Notes: generated from the sequence alone by a model not told the origin. A stretch of DNA of 64,000 nucleotides from Cenococcum geophilum (GCA_050273025.1 CP158635.1:19530001-19594000), one strand, 5' to 3'; numbered from the stretch's first letter, positions 51,012 through 64,000 are shown. Numbers and translations: made by a program.

Positions 51012-54000
51012 AAGAAAAGAAAAAGACTTTAGAGCTCTTGCTGCACCTAGCCTAAAAAGACTAAAACTAACTAAAAGAACCCTATAAAACACCTAGAGAA
51101 TCCCCCTAAGATATATACATTATAGGGAAGGCATACGTCAAACGATAGTGGTTTATACTTACGCGCAACCGCTAGAACTACGCCTAGCAATAGCCCTCTA
51201 TAATAAAGACGGGCGAATGCTATACTATAAAGCGGAAATACCTTTATTAAGAAGGCATCTAATAAAATATAAAGCCTATTAGACGCGTCTAGTACCTAGA
51301 ATTATAGGGGAGTAACTATTAGCTATAATAATTTAATATAGCTAGTAGAATAGCTCCGCTAGTCTAGTAAACCTTAGGCGCCCCTTTAGCAAACCCTTAA
51401 TTAAATCCTCTAATAGCTAAGCAAAATTAAAAATAAATAAAACCCCCCTTTACCGGCGAACCGCACCTAGGCCGCTATAGCTGCGCTTCTATAGTATAGG
51501 GAACTTACCCCCCTTAAGATAACAACTAGGTATATAATTATAATATAACCAAATATAGAAAAAGTAAAGGGGCTTAGGGGATAATTAGAAATAGAAGTTC
51601 TTATAGAAATCTATAAAGAGGTCTATAACGTTATTATAGACTAATACCTTAGGAGCAAAGACATTAAAGTTACTTTAAAGGACTAATAGGTAAAGGAACG
51701 AGCTATAAGGGTAGGGGATAGGCTAGGAGAACGTATTAGCATAAAAGTACTCTATAAGGATTACCCAGTTAAAGTCCTAGCGGTCCCTATAAGCCTTAGG
51801 GTAAAAAAGGAACGCTAGGCGAATAATATAGTAATTATATAGAAGATAGTAAGATAAATGGAACGCCTTATACTAGGACTTGAGATCACCTAAATCTAAT
51901 AGCTTTAATAAGAAAATATAAACTAAGTAAATAATAAGAATAATAAGAGGATATAAGGGTCGCTAAAGACTCGCTAGGGAGACGCCGGATAAACATATAG
52001 CTCCCTTATTATCAGCATATATACACCAGGAATATAAAAACTTCTTATCTAAAAAGGAATAATTATAAACGGCCTTATATATAATATAAGGCTCTATAAC
52101 CACAGACTACGCCTAAAATAATGCTATTACTATATATAATAGGGATACACCTAATCCACATACGCAGTATAGGTGTGCTGCGGCCACTATATAGGCCCCT
52201 ATAATATAAAATACTACTTAAATTAAGACTAAATAAAATATATAAACTGCCACTAAAGCATATATAAGGTGTAGGAAAGAGAAGACTGCATTAAATATAG
52301 GAGATGGAAGGTAAGGGCTTAATAGCTACGGGAATAACTATATATAAGGTTATATAAATAGAAATAACAGGCAATAAGCTAGGGGGGTATAGGTACCTTT
52401 CTAGCGTTTCCTACCTTTAATACTAGGGGGCTAGGCCAGCTATCCTAAGCCTTAATAGGCTAGAAGCGACGCTATGTAATATTACTAAACTATATAGGGA
52501 TATAAGGGTTATAGGGGACATAAGGGAGAGGACGCCCTATAGGAAGACCCTTATAGATAACTATAGTAAGCTTAAAACTAGGATAATTAAGAATTAGACT
52601 TAACGCGGTAAATATAATATTCGCAGCTAACTCTTAAAGGGCGTATAGCTAACTAGTAAGAATAGGGGAAAAACTGGAGATAATAATAGATTTAGATATA
52701 GAAGCGCTAGTAGGAATATAAGACATGGGAATAAAAAGCTCTATACAAAATAAGTAGTAACTAGGGTATAAATATAAGAGATAAAAGTTCTAAATATTTT
52801 AGAGAAAGTAGAAATAAAAGAAGCGAGGAATAATAGAGAGGCGAAGAACCCTTACTAGGGGTCCGCTACCTATCTATTATATAGTATAACTATAGCAATA
52901 TAAACCACTATCTTATAAGGCCCTTACTAGATAGCCTAGACCTAGAGAAATACTATATCCTTACTATATAAGAGCCGTACTATAATACCTATATATAATC
53001 GATATACTACCCCTAAAAATTCTAGCTCCTATATAAACTAAAAGCAGTTATACGCGTGTGCTTTATAATTAGTAAGACTATTAGCCTATCCTTATAGTTA
53101 TAGTAGGTAGTTAATCTAAATATTATAGTTATAACAATCTAAATATATAGAGGACTGGTATAAATTATTAATGTATATAACCCTAGGGTTAAAGGGGTCC
53201 TATAAATAGAGAATATTATATTAGTAATAAGCTTACTTAAAACTAAAGGCATAGAGTTTATCCTATTAGGAGATATAAACCTCTACCACCCGCGGTAGGG
53301 GGGTATTTACGTCGCTGCTAAATAATAGGTAAAGTGCCTACTAAAAGCTATAAACACCTAGGGCCTTAAGCTGGCCACCCCCCCTAAAGCAATTATATAG
53401 TAATAAGGATCCGCTAAAAGTATAATTAACCTTATATTTATAAATAAAGGCCTATACTAGAGACTTAAAAGGTATAACCCTAAAGAAAAATAGGCACTTA
53501 CTTTAGACTATATCCCCATCTAGATATAGCTAGATTTAGATATTAAGGCGTAACTAAATAGTAAAAGATATGTAATAAGGATGCTTAAGGCAAATAGCTT
53601 CCTTAATATAGTTAAATAACAACTCTAAGACCTAGAAGAAATCCACCCAATACTAAATAAGCGAGGCTTATTAGCTACCCCTAAGGAAATTAACTAAAGA
53701 CTAGAAAGGATTTAGGCAGTAATTAAAAATAGGTTAAAAGAGTACTACCCAGTCTTAAGACCGGGCCCCTATATATAATATACATAGTCCGTATAATACG
53801 CGGTTCTTATAGCTAGCCAATAATAAATAAAAAGGAAATACTTAAGTAGCTATAACCTTAAAGATAAGAGATAATATAAAGATATAAGAAACTAGTTAAA
53901 GAATACCCTAAAAAAAGAAGCAAGAAATAACTAGAGATAATTTATAAATAAGTATACTTCTAACCCGAGCCTCTCCTATAATAAGGGCCTATAGGCTATA

Positions 54001-56560
54001 GTAAAATAGGTAAAGAAAAAGGTAGGGCGACTAGCAGAAGACTTATACTTACCACCCCTATAAAAAGTAGGGGAATTATAGGCTACTAATAATAATAATA
54101 AGAAGGTAAAGATCCTTATAGAAAGGTTCTTCCCTTAATTAGCTCTAGCAGACTTTAGCAATATTATAGGTAAAACACTAGTAACTTACCTAAGGGTTAA
54201 CAGTAATATAACAACAGAGGAAATAGCTAAAACTATTAGCCGCCTTTTAAATAATATAGTACTAGGACTAGATAGGATTCTAAATAAGGCCTTAAAAACC
54301 TATAGACCACTTATAGCACCCTAGCTTATAGATATAGCTAGGGTATACTTTACTATAGGCTACTACCCGCAACTTAGAAGATCTATAACGACAGTTATTT
54401 TATAGAAAAAAGGTAAAGCAGATTACTTAATCCTAGGAAGCTACCGCCCTATTACCTTAAAAAACACCCTTAGTAAGATCTTAGAAAAGGTAATAGCGGA
54501 CTATATAGTAGATACGGCTAAGGAACACAACCTACTACTATAGAGCTAAATAGGGGTAAGAAAGAACCGCTTAACACTATTAGTACTTATGCTACTTACT
54601 ACCACTATTAAATCCGCATGGGCGATGCGAAGGGACTTTATAGTATTAATACTCAGCCTAAATATTAGCGGCGCCTATAATAACATACCCTATAAGCGTC
54701 TCCTATATATCCTTAAGGCAAAAGGCTTCCTAGAATAGATTATATAATTTATTTAAGGGTTTATAGGTTAGAAAGAAATATTACTAGTCTTTAGCGGATA
54801 CTAGAGCCCCCCTATTATAGTTGTAATAGAAATACTATAAGGATCACCCCTCTCGCCTATACTCTTCCTTTTCTTTATAAGTAACCTACTTAACTCCTTT
54901 AAAAAAGGGGCAACCTAGGGGATAGGCTTTATTAATAATACAAACCTAATTATATACGGGCTAATAGCCGCAGAGAATTATAGAATACTAGAGAAAGCTT
55001 ATAACACCTATATAAAATAAGTAAGATAATATAAAGTCTAATTCTTACTAGAGAAATACCAGCTAATCTATTTTATAAGAAAACGCAATTAATCTATAAA
55101 TCTCTAGCATATAATTCGTATCTAAGGCTTTAGGGGTTAACTAATTTAGGGCCTAAGGGTATTAGGAGTATAGGTAGACAGTAAGCTCCGGTAGAGCGTA
55201 TATACGGTATAAGCGGCCCATAAAGGCTAAGTATAGTATATTATATTATCCAGGATCATTAATTCTATATAGGGTCTATGCTTTTAGAGGTTACGCCTAC
55301 TATATATAGCAGTTATCCGGCCAACCATAACGTATAGGTCCAGTATTTAGGCCATTAAAGAATCTAAGAAAGACCCCCCTAAGTCGCTCCTTAAACCACT
55401 TTAAAAGGTCTAAATAGCCTACCTCTAGAGTATAATAGGCGTATATAAGCAAACGGCCACAGTACTGCTTAAGAAGGAAGCTAATATTTCCCCCCTATAA
55501 CTATATATTAAAGCCACTGCAATATAAAGGGCGTAAAATAAACGCAACTCTAATATTATAAAGTATATTAAGACACGCCTAAATAAACTATAGAGGGACC
55601 CTAAGGCGCCCTATAGGAGAACAAACTAATAACCCCAAAGTAGGGAAGATATATTAGAGAAATAAGTAAAGAAAGTAGAAGAAGAATAGTGCTGCTTTAG
55701 GGCCTAGGCCTATATAAAGGAGAAAGGAAAACGCGTAAGAGGCCAGTAAAAATAATAGTAAGAAAAAGAAAGGAGCTAAAGTAAAGTATAAAAGAATGCT
55801 AGGAAACCATCTACTATAATATAATACTAGTTAGACTAATACTAAAGAGGTGTATAGGAGTTGAAGGTACAGAGGCTAACTAAGGTAAGAGGAACCCAAG
55901 CCGTAGCATGGTTAACGCTATAGGGGGTAAACACTTTAAGGCTCTAAGAAGGCCTAACGAAGGCAGAAAATACAATAGTAACACTCTTAAAAATAGGAAT
56001 AATAGGACTAAAAGACTGGCTCTACTAGGTGGGTGTCCTAATAGGTAGCCTAAGATACGAATATAGCTAGCTAAGACAGACACCAAAACACGTAATACTG
56101 TTATGCCCCTTACGCACCAACTAAGAAGTAATACTCTTAGTAGCTAGCATAGAGAACTATAATAAACTACTCTCAATATAAAAAGGCCTTAAGGTGGTTA
56201 CCTAGTAGCTTATTAGCTAAAATATACTAAACTAGTTCCGGGTTATAAGGGAAATAGTAATAAAGGGCGGGGGGGCGAGCAACGGGCGCCCCTTAATAAC
56301 TCTACAGTAGTAAAGTAAAGTGTACGATACTAGCGCGTCCGTAGGCTTATTACGGCAGCAGTAGTTCCCAAGGAGGTTAAAAAGTAAGGTAGTAGGAGCA
56401 CCACAGGTAACTTGCAGGCGCCCTATAGGCGAGTTCTAAAAGGCGGGGAGATGGATTACGGGGTTTTCTTAAATAGAGTTTTCTCCCTATATATACATAA
56501 GGAGTAGTCCACGTGGGCCTAATAGGGATCCAAATTGGACGTTAAGCAATAAATTATTAT
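51012..56560 (+). mobile_element. Full-length Tad1-like LINE family A, copy A3
   Basis: TSD tattatagttatt (50999-51011, 56561-56573). ORF1 knuckles near 52120-52290. ORF2 IIQYNCGN...LAIQEP near 52875. RT QGSPLSPILFLFF near 54840 and GFVDDTNL near 54925. Confidence 0.95.
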
Positions 56561-57021
56561 TATTATAGTTATTTATTCTCTAACTAGGGCTATAATAGTT
56601 AACGTAGCGGATTTAAGTTTATTTACCATTTTAAGGGTATTAGTATTAACGTAATATAATATAAGGGCGCGAAGAGGCTTTGGGGCAGATTTAAAGGAAT
56701 AATATAAATTCTATCTAAATCTATAGGTATAGCTCTCGTAGAGAATAAAACGTTGCGTAAAGAAGAGAAAGGAATAACGCAAGAATCTTATAATTAAATA
56801 GTTAGGGGTCTTAGTGATTAGTGCGTACGCACGTACGTATATAGGTATATAGTCCTTAACGGACTTTAGTAGAATCTAGCAGAACTTAGCAGAGCTTAGC
56901 AGAAGTTAATTAAGCTAGCAGAATTCGGCAGAATTTAATCAAGTTAGTAGAACTTGGTAGAACTTATCTGTTAAGTGTTTTACTAAGACATTCTTACTAT
57001 AACTAGGCTAGTCCCGTTACA

Positions 57022-58123
57022 ATTAATATAGCCCTAAAAGGTTAGTAGTCTATTAGTTAGTCTAAAAGGTAAAACTAAATACTTAAAGTAACCGTAACGC
57101 GTGCGGAATACCGTCTTTTATTTATTACCCTAATAGATATAAAGGTGGTAGTATGCATTTATTAGGTCCAACTTAGTAAAGATTTTAAACCCTACTAAGC
57201 GGTCTAAGGTCTTACTAATTAATAGTAGTATAAGACGATTCTTAATTATTACCTTATTAAGGCCTCTATAGTCTATATAGAGCTACAACTTCCTATCCTT
57301 TTTAGATATAAATAGAATAGGTGCCCCTACGGGACTAGTATTTAGTTAAATTTAGTCTTTAGCTAAGGCGTCGTCTAAGTTCTCCTTTAGTACCTTTAGC
57401 TCCTTAACTAAGAGGTTATAAAGTGGTCTATATAGGACCTCCTATCCCTTTTCTAAGTTAATAGTATAGTCGCCCTAGTAGTATTAGGGTAGCTTCCCTA
57501 CTTCCTTATATAAGAAGATATTGCTAACTTTTTTTAACTATAGGGAAAGAATTAGCAAGCTACCGTTATCTTACCTACTAGGCATTAATCCAGTAATTAC
57601 TAGGGTAAAACCCCTAGATTTTATCTAGAGAGACTTTATAAAACCCTTAAGGGTTTATAGTAATAGGGACAAGCCATCTAGCTTTTATTGCCACGCCTTC
57701 GCCTTATAGTTAATAAGGAGTTAGGCCTTCTTTAACCCTAATATACCTAGGGTAATAGTAGGGGATATATTAGCCATTCTATAGTAGATAAAGGTTGCTT
57801 CCCTAATTCTACCCTAGCTATTTTTTATTTTTAGTGGTACCTTATAAGCTTTATAGTAATATACCTAAGTTTTATTTAACTAGAAGTAGGTAAGTAATTC
57901 TATATTTAATGTTTTAAAGTTATACTCTATTATAAATTGCTAATTAATTATATTTACTTTAGCGCTAAGATTAAGTATTACTAAGGTCTTATTTTAGGTC
58001 TACTTAAATAAAACTTCTTTTAGGACAGTAATAGCTTCCTTATAATCTAGTAGTAGTTTACGCCCTATAGGTATAAGGGGCTCTAAAGGCGCCTGCCTTT
58101 TCCTAGCGTAGAGATAGCGCTTA
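57022..58123 (-). mobile_element. Gypsy family I pol fragment (protease to RT)
   Basis: De-RIP TSPAGAPILF..KKDGKL.LC.DYRGLNKV.IKNR..LPLISETLDRL...FTKLDL..AYH...WKT.FRTRYGHFEYLVLPFGL. Confidence 0.88.
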
Positions 58124-61100
58124 TATTGTGGGAGGGTACGACCTCTCTAAGATGGGAAAGTCACAGTGCTGTCAGTCTGTCTATCGGTCGGTCAGTCGGT
58201 CGGTCGGTCGGTCGGTCGGTCAGTCAGTTATAATTAGTTAGTAAGAAAGAAAGAAAAGAGTGTATTTCCAGTAACTGGTAAGGTCGTAATATGTATATAT
58301 ATATATGATAGAGGGAAGAAGGAAGGAAGCCGAAGGCTCTATAAATATAGGAAAAATGCCAAGACAGTAGGCGACGTCTAATCTACACCACTATATACCT
58401 CCCCTACTAAGAACGTTGTCCCCTAACGTTCTATAATATAGAAGAATAGCAAAACGAGAGTATAGCAAAAGCAGAATAGACAAAGGAAAGCATATCCCTA
58501 AACGAACGCAGGTAACTATATCCTTAGCCCTTCCATAGAACTGCTCTACGGTGTTCTTCCGTTACCTATAGCTAAAATCCGATCTTCCTATTAGTAGTAA
58601 CTAGAACAGCAGTAAACCAAAAATAATAACGGCAGCAGTAACAGCAGTAACGGCAGTAATAGTAACAGTGGCATAAACAGTAATAAAAGTAGACAATTAG
58701 CGCGGCAAAATAAGATAGAATAGTCGGCGGTAGAACTCGCTAACAGTTAGTAAGCAGTAGGATATTTAGCAGCAGAACTTTTGGTAGCAGAAATCTCGGT
58801 AGCGGCAGACGGTCGATAGCAGTCAGTTAGCAGCAGTCGGTTGATACAGTAGTAGCAGTAGCAGCAGTGACAGAACAGTTAATAACAGAACGGTCGGTAG
58901 CAGTCAGTCGGAGGCAGCTAGTCGGGCGGCGGCGGGGCGATTAAAACGGTAGGGTATGGCGGTCGGGAGAGCAACAGTAGAATAGTTAAAACAGCATTAG
59001 GCCTAGAGCAGGTCGGTCGGAACAGTTGGACGGCATAAAAGATTTAGTAGATTTGGCAGTAAAATAGATCTAGTAACGGTATAGATCTAGAACAGTAGAG
59101 ACAGAGCAGTTGGTTAAGATAGCAAGGTCGGAATAGCTGGACGGAATAGTGATAGCAGCAGCGGTGGCGGCAGGGCAGTTAATTAAGGTAGCAGAGGCTC
59201 TGGCTTGATTTGATCGTTTAGCTGGTCGCTTGATATTAAGACTCTGTATCTAGCTCTGCATCGGTCTGCATCGTACGCAGCTTCTTAGTTAAGGCTCTGC
59301 CCGTGGCTTTGTATTAGGCCCTGTATCGCCAAGCTTTACGTCCGTATAGCTCTGCATCTAACTGTGCGGCTAACTGTGCATCTGGCTGTATATCTGGCTG
59401 TGCATCTAGCTGTGTATTAATAGCTCTGTATTGCATATCCTGCGTCCGTATCTGCGTCCGTGTCTGCGCGTATGCGTGTATGGCTGCCTTGACTGCTGGC
59501 CGAAGACTGTCTAATTGGTTGGCGATGACGTGCTGCAACTGATCGTTTGGTTGTTCGATTAAGGTAGAAAGTTAGCCTGGTTAAAGGCTCTGACTGTCCT
59601 GATTTAAATGCGGAGACGGCGTTTAACTGATTGAGATTTGATGAGGCCCTGGCTTGACTTAAGGTGTCTTCTGCTGTATGTATGACTAGGGCTTTGTATC
59701 CGTAGACAGCTGATTAAAGCTTTTGTGTAGACGTACGTTGGTTAAGGCTCCGCATCTGTCGTTGATTAAGGCTTCGTATATATCGGCGTCTAGTTAAGCT
59801 GCCGTACTGTTGTCCAATTAAGGCTCTGCACCTATATACTCTATATCCGTAGACTCCCTATATGACTCTATATAAGACTCTATATAAAGTTCCGTATCTA
59901 TGCCTGCAGGAAAGATCGTTCTGGTTAACCAATCTATAAGCGTTGAGACGGGCGGCAATCGATCGATAAGGGGGGGACAGCTAAGGGAAGAGACTCTCGT
60001 ATAGGCTCTAAAACGTTCTTTTGGCTATATACTGATCTCCTAGTTAGGCCTAGTGCCTGCATGCCTGCGTGTCTGCTATTATAGGATCTTTAACTGCTGA
60101 TTGAAGACGTCTAACGGCAACGGGTGACTGATTTGATTTAACTATGACAATGTATAATCGACTAACGTTTAAATAGGGTATTAGGTCGGCCCGACCGAAG
60201 GCTCTATTTTAACGACTTAACTTATATAGGCGGCGTTCGACTGATTAGGATTTGACTAAGGCTTTGGCTTAACTTAAGGCGTCTTCTGCTGTACATACGA
60301 CCTGGGCTCTATATCTGTAGGCCCTATATCTACAGACAATTGATTAAGGCTCTAACTATATAGTCGTTTGGTTAAAGCTCTGTATTTATGCAATTAATTA
60401 AGGCTCCGTATCGTATAATTAAGGCTCTTAGCATCCTCTAGACGTCTAATCTAGAGACCTGTCCTAAGACTTCCTCCTTCGCGAGTACTAATGGTAGCTT
60501 TTTCTGAACCACTACTACAGGCCCGGCGCTTTTGTAGGACGTCTTCTATAGCTGCTTTTCTTCCACCTTTGGGCTGCCTTTGTCCTTGGCTTCTTCGGCG
60601 CATCCTTAGGCCTTTGCGGCTGCTGCCGTAGGCCCTAATCTTCCTTAGAACTGCCTAAGCCGTTATTTATATCTTCGAGGTCATCCGGTGGCAGCGTCTT
60701 GGCTATTATAACTACTTCTATCGTATATCCCTTGCCCTTGTATATTCCTATTCCCCTTATAATCCTTAATAAGGTCCTTTACTAGCTTAGCCAGATACAG
60801 CTCGGTCCTGTCTTTAGTCGTATAAGGATGGCTTAGGCTTAAGGGGGTCAGCTATGCCCTATATACGATCTCTTATAGAGCATCCTTGTCTTCTCTTGTC
60901 TTGCAGTGCCTCTTTGTATACTGCTTTGCCGTTTCCGCGGTGCTTGTTTTCTAATATTATGCTACTGCCCTTGTACAGGTCCCTTCCTTGCCGCGGTATC
61001 CGTTCTCGTCGTGTAGCTGACGCAGTACTGAATTTGGATAGTAGTGGCAGTCGTGCTGCGGTTAGTTGTCGTTTGATTAAGGAATAAGGTCGACCTAGTT

Positions 61101-63719
61101 AAAGGCTCTAATTTGATGACATTCGACTGATTTGATTCAGTGACGGCGATATGCTGATATCGAGGCTCTGGCTTAACTCGTTCCTCGATTAGTCGTGGCT
61201 TCTATGCAGTTATTCGATTGATTAAGGCTTCCGTGCAGTTATTCGATTAAGGCTCTGCGTACAGCTCTACATCTGGTTCTACATTATACAATTAGCTTTG
61301 TATTCGTGCAATCAATTAAGGCTCTTGGTGCCGTTCTCATTATATAGCTGGCGTATTATCGAATTCTAGGGGCGGTGTAGAGTTCTGCCGGCTTTACTGC
61401 TAAATGGACCAATTAGGATTTTCCATCCCTGGGATGGAAAATCGCTATTGGCTCGGTGATAGGCGGTGAGCTGAACTGACATCTTTGCGGTAGGTCGTCG
61501 CGACTGACGCGTTTAACTAAGAAAGTAAAGAAGAAAGGAGCTTTAGGAAATATAGTAAATAAGCAGATAAATAGAAATCTTTTTACGGCCGTCACCTACG
61601 TCCCCTCCCCTACCTTAGAACTTGACTGTCCCTTAGTTAAACATCCTATACCTGCTGCGGAGCCTGCTGCGGAGCCTGCGGTTAATGGCTGACCTGGTCA
61701 AGCGTCTGTCTCTAAGACCGTTTCTAAGGATTGGACGATTCATCCTTCTTAGCTTTAGCTATTTTATCTACAGGCCGTGACCTAATCTGGATATAATCTC
61801 CTAGTTGTATATTCTTCCCCTGCGGCGAAGCCTACGGCTTAACGGTTGTCCTAGCTATACGGCTATCTCTAAGGGTTAGGCGAGTCTGTGGACGTTACTG
61901 GCTGGGCGTTACTAAGTCCGTGGGCCGTACTTAATAGTAGTCCTCCTAGTTCGTACGCATTCTATTACTATTCTTTAGCACTACTTTATTATAGAAAGCA
62001 GTAAAATCCGTTTATACTATAGGGGCCCGTTACTACGTCTGTTTTTCCTTTGGCCTACCTAGGTCTATTCCTTGGTACGTACGGAGCTAGTTCTTAATAT
62101 ACTCTAGCTGTCCTTTATTACCGAGCCATAGAAGTACAGGTCTAGGTTAATCGCGCGTCCCCGCTACTAGCCTTCCTTAATTAGATAGATGTATAAATCC
62201 TTACAGAATAAGATCCTTTAAGCCTTAACATTCGTGCTCGGTGAAACGGTGACTTCCTCCGCATCTAGAATAGGTCTGCTAGCCTTGTCTTCGTGTGCCT
62301 TGCTGACCCTATACGTCCTACTGCGGCCGTCTAAAGGTAGTAAAATCTTACGGATATTGATAGTTTTGCGGATATTAAGAACCTTGCGGATATTGAGAGC
62401 CTTGTGGAGGTTAATAGTCTTATAGGATAAAGGGAGCTTAGGTGCTGTTCTGCCAGTCTTCGTACCCTTATGCTAGGCTTTAAACTATAGCCTAGTCTAT
62501 AGGTGACTGCTACTACATTAGAGCTCCTCTATGTACACCTAGTCTAGCCGGCTACTAAGTACGGAATTGTTCAACTAGCTGATGAAGGCTCTGCTCCTTG
62601 GGGTCTATTTTCGGCAAATAATCTGCGCCCTTATATGAACTAAGCCTGTCCTTTATAGCCCTCTATAGCTAATAGAAGTTAAAGGACTCTTATTTATTAG
62701 GATCAGCTTTTGTCTTAGCTATAGTATGTCTTTAATATTTAAGCGGGAGTCCTTTTATAAACTAGTACCCTCACTAAGTGTTCCCTAGATTACCTGCCTC
62801 CGTGACCCTTTAGGAGATTAGTGTGAACTGCCTATAGTACTTACGTATACTGCTTGGCGGATTGTCCCTATACTGCCGTATATAGGCTTTTAAGAATTCT
62901 ACCGTTTCTATCTATTGAAAATGGTCACTTTCTTAGTATTCTGCCCTAAGCTTTTTTATAAGCTCCGTCCAGTTACTAGCTGTGAATTTAGGTAGGCTTT
63001 GGATTCACATCCCTATCTAGTAATTGCAGTACTCTAGAAGACCCTAGTGCTTCTCTTTGCTCGTGACGTGATATTGGGCGCATAGTCGCTCGTACTGCTT
63101 AATAAACTATAACACGTTCTGTCCTATAAAGTAAGGAGTCCTAACAGTTCCTGGAGCCGGCATAGGTTAAACCATAATGTAGGTCTTGTCTTGAGCTGTT
63201 GACTGCTAGCTGCGTGCATCTAGAGCTTCCTCGGGAGCTTGTAGGTGGTCCTTACGGTTTATATCCTTTGTCTGCTGAGGGTTATCGGTCCTAGGTATTA
63301 CGGGTAAACGCTACGGTAGGTCTGCTTACATGGCCGTAGTCTTGACAGAGGGTGTCCTAGATGGCTGTCCTGGCGGGACCTTGATAGGTATATGCTGCGG
63401 CTGGTCTACTTGTACAGCTATATCCCTAACGGAGGGTACCTACTTCTTGGCGCCTAAGGGGGGGTCTCCCTGGGAGAGCACGGAGTCTTTATTATCTATT
63501 ACCACTGGGTCTTAATACGCCCGTCTGTTTTGGCCTGCCGTTGCTCCGCGCGGTAGGGTGCTACTAAGCCTTACGCTTCTGCTTATATCTACCTCTTTGC
63601 GGAACGCCTTTAGAGCTACTGCTAATATAATCCGGACGACTTAAAAGAGGATAAAGCTAAGCCAGAATAGGAAGCTTTTAAGGACAGATCCGATCTCGTG
63701 TGCTTACAACCTTACTCGG
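58124..63719 (-). mobile_element. LTR element family J: 3' LTR (58124-58395), PPT, long repetitive interior and Gypsy-type gag. No pol seen
   Basis: LTR termini tattgtgg and ccactata. Minus-strand gggacaacgttcttagtaggggaggta precedes the LTR. Gag MPAPGT..TPYF.GQNV.QF.KQYERLCAQY begins near 63160. Confidence 0.7.
58184..58228 (+). repeat. (GTCG/GTCA)n tetranucleotide microsatellite inside the J LTR
   Basis: tcggtcggtcagtcggtcggtcggtcggtcggtcggtcagtcagt. Confidence 0.9.
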
Positions 63720-64000
63720 TATTATGTCCCTTATTTGTGAATAGCAGTACTAACTTTCTTTACCGCTAGATACCTTAGATCTCGTTTCCATCTAATTAAT
63801 TGGCCCTTAGCTTATTGTCTTTACATCTTTAATAAAGGTCTGGCTATGCTTGGTAGTAGATCTCGGTAATTTTAACCGCCGGTTAAAGCTGTTTAATTGG
63901 CTCGCTGGTTCGCCTAACGTCTTAGTATGTAACTATTCGAGACCCTACTTTTTCTGTGACTACGTGGATAACTAAGTTAGTAACTAAGTCAAGGTGGTAA
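63720..64000. mobile_element. Possible further LTR interrupting the J leader; runs off the window
   Basis: Begins tattatgtccc (possible RIP of TGTTATG/TGTTACG) and does not match the J 3' LTR. Weak evidence. Confidence 0.3.

Larger units (their letters stand above)
41969..57021 (-). mobile_element. Gypsy family D, copy D2: RNase H, RT, protease, gag, 5' LTR. Interrupted by LINEs A2 and A3
   Basis: Ends gtcccgttaca. RT TAYIDDILI near 43005. RNase H YDKELL near 42445. Gag is continuous across both LINE TSDs. Confidence 0.9.

Noticed and set aside
17969..57021. D1 and D2 as terminal inverted repeats of a composite element carrying the gene
   Set aside because: Both are 5' ends of independent Gypsy copies inserted in different hosts (B integrase, I RT), with no shared TSD.
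59200..61330. CRISPR-like or satellite array
   Set aside because: Repeat units are short, degenerate and irregularly spaced inside a eukaryotic retroelement. No cas genes.
10409..63515. Short ORFs (60-83 aa) of the ORF track outside the gene island
   Set aside because: They are antisense or off-frame remnants of RIPped TE ORFs. For example 10409 is antisense to LINE B ORF2, 33491 is a Gypsy RT piece, and 45732 and 55880 are the same LINE A antisense frame.
1..64000. tRNA, rRNA or telomeric repeats
   Set aside because: No cloverleaf, rDNA-like sequence or tandem TTAGGG array recognised. Isolated ttaggg/ccctaa hexamers fit RIP products.

Overview
Filamentous-ascomycete (Pezizomycotina-type) heterochromatin-like region. 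Roughly 95% is a nested graveyard of transposons inactivated by repeat-induced point mutation (RIP): TpA-rich, CpA/TpG-poor, with TGG/CAA/CGA codons turned into stops. I resolve one Ty1/Copia element (both LTRs, 5-bp TSD), four full-length Tad1-like LINEs with TSDs plus LINE fragments, pieces of about eight Ty3/Gypsy families, a Plavaka-like transposase relic and a nearly RIP-free PIF/Harbinger-like MITE. One intact, RIP-free, single-exon gene sits in the middle (28228-29691, 487 aa). Its C-terminal half shows the motif order of DUF3990-like ADP-ribosyltransferase-fold proteins, and it is the best candidate for an undescribed system (toxin, driver or defence factor). Family letters are my own labels. 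Protein motifs from TEs are read after mentally reversing RIP. Boundaries without TSD or LTR termini are approximate, and no database searches were run.
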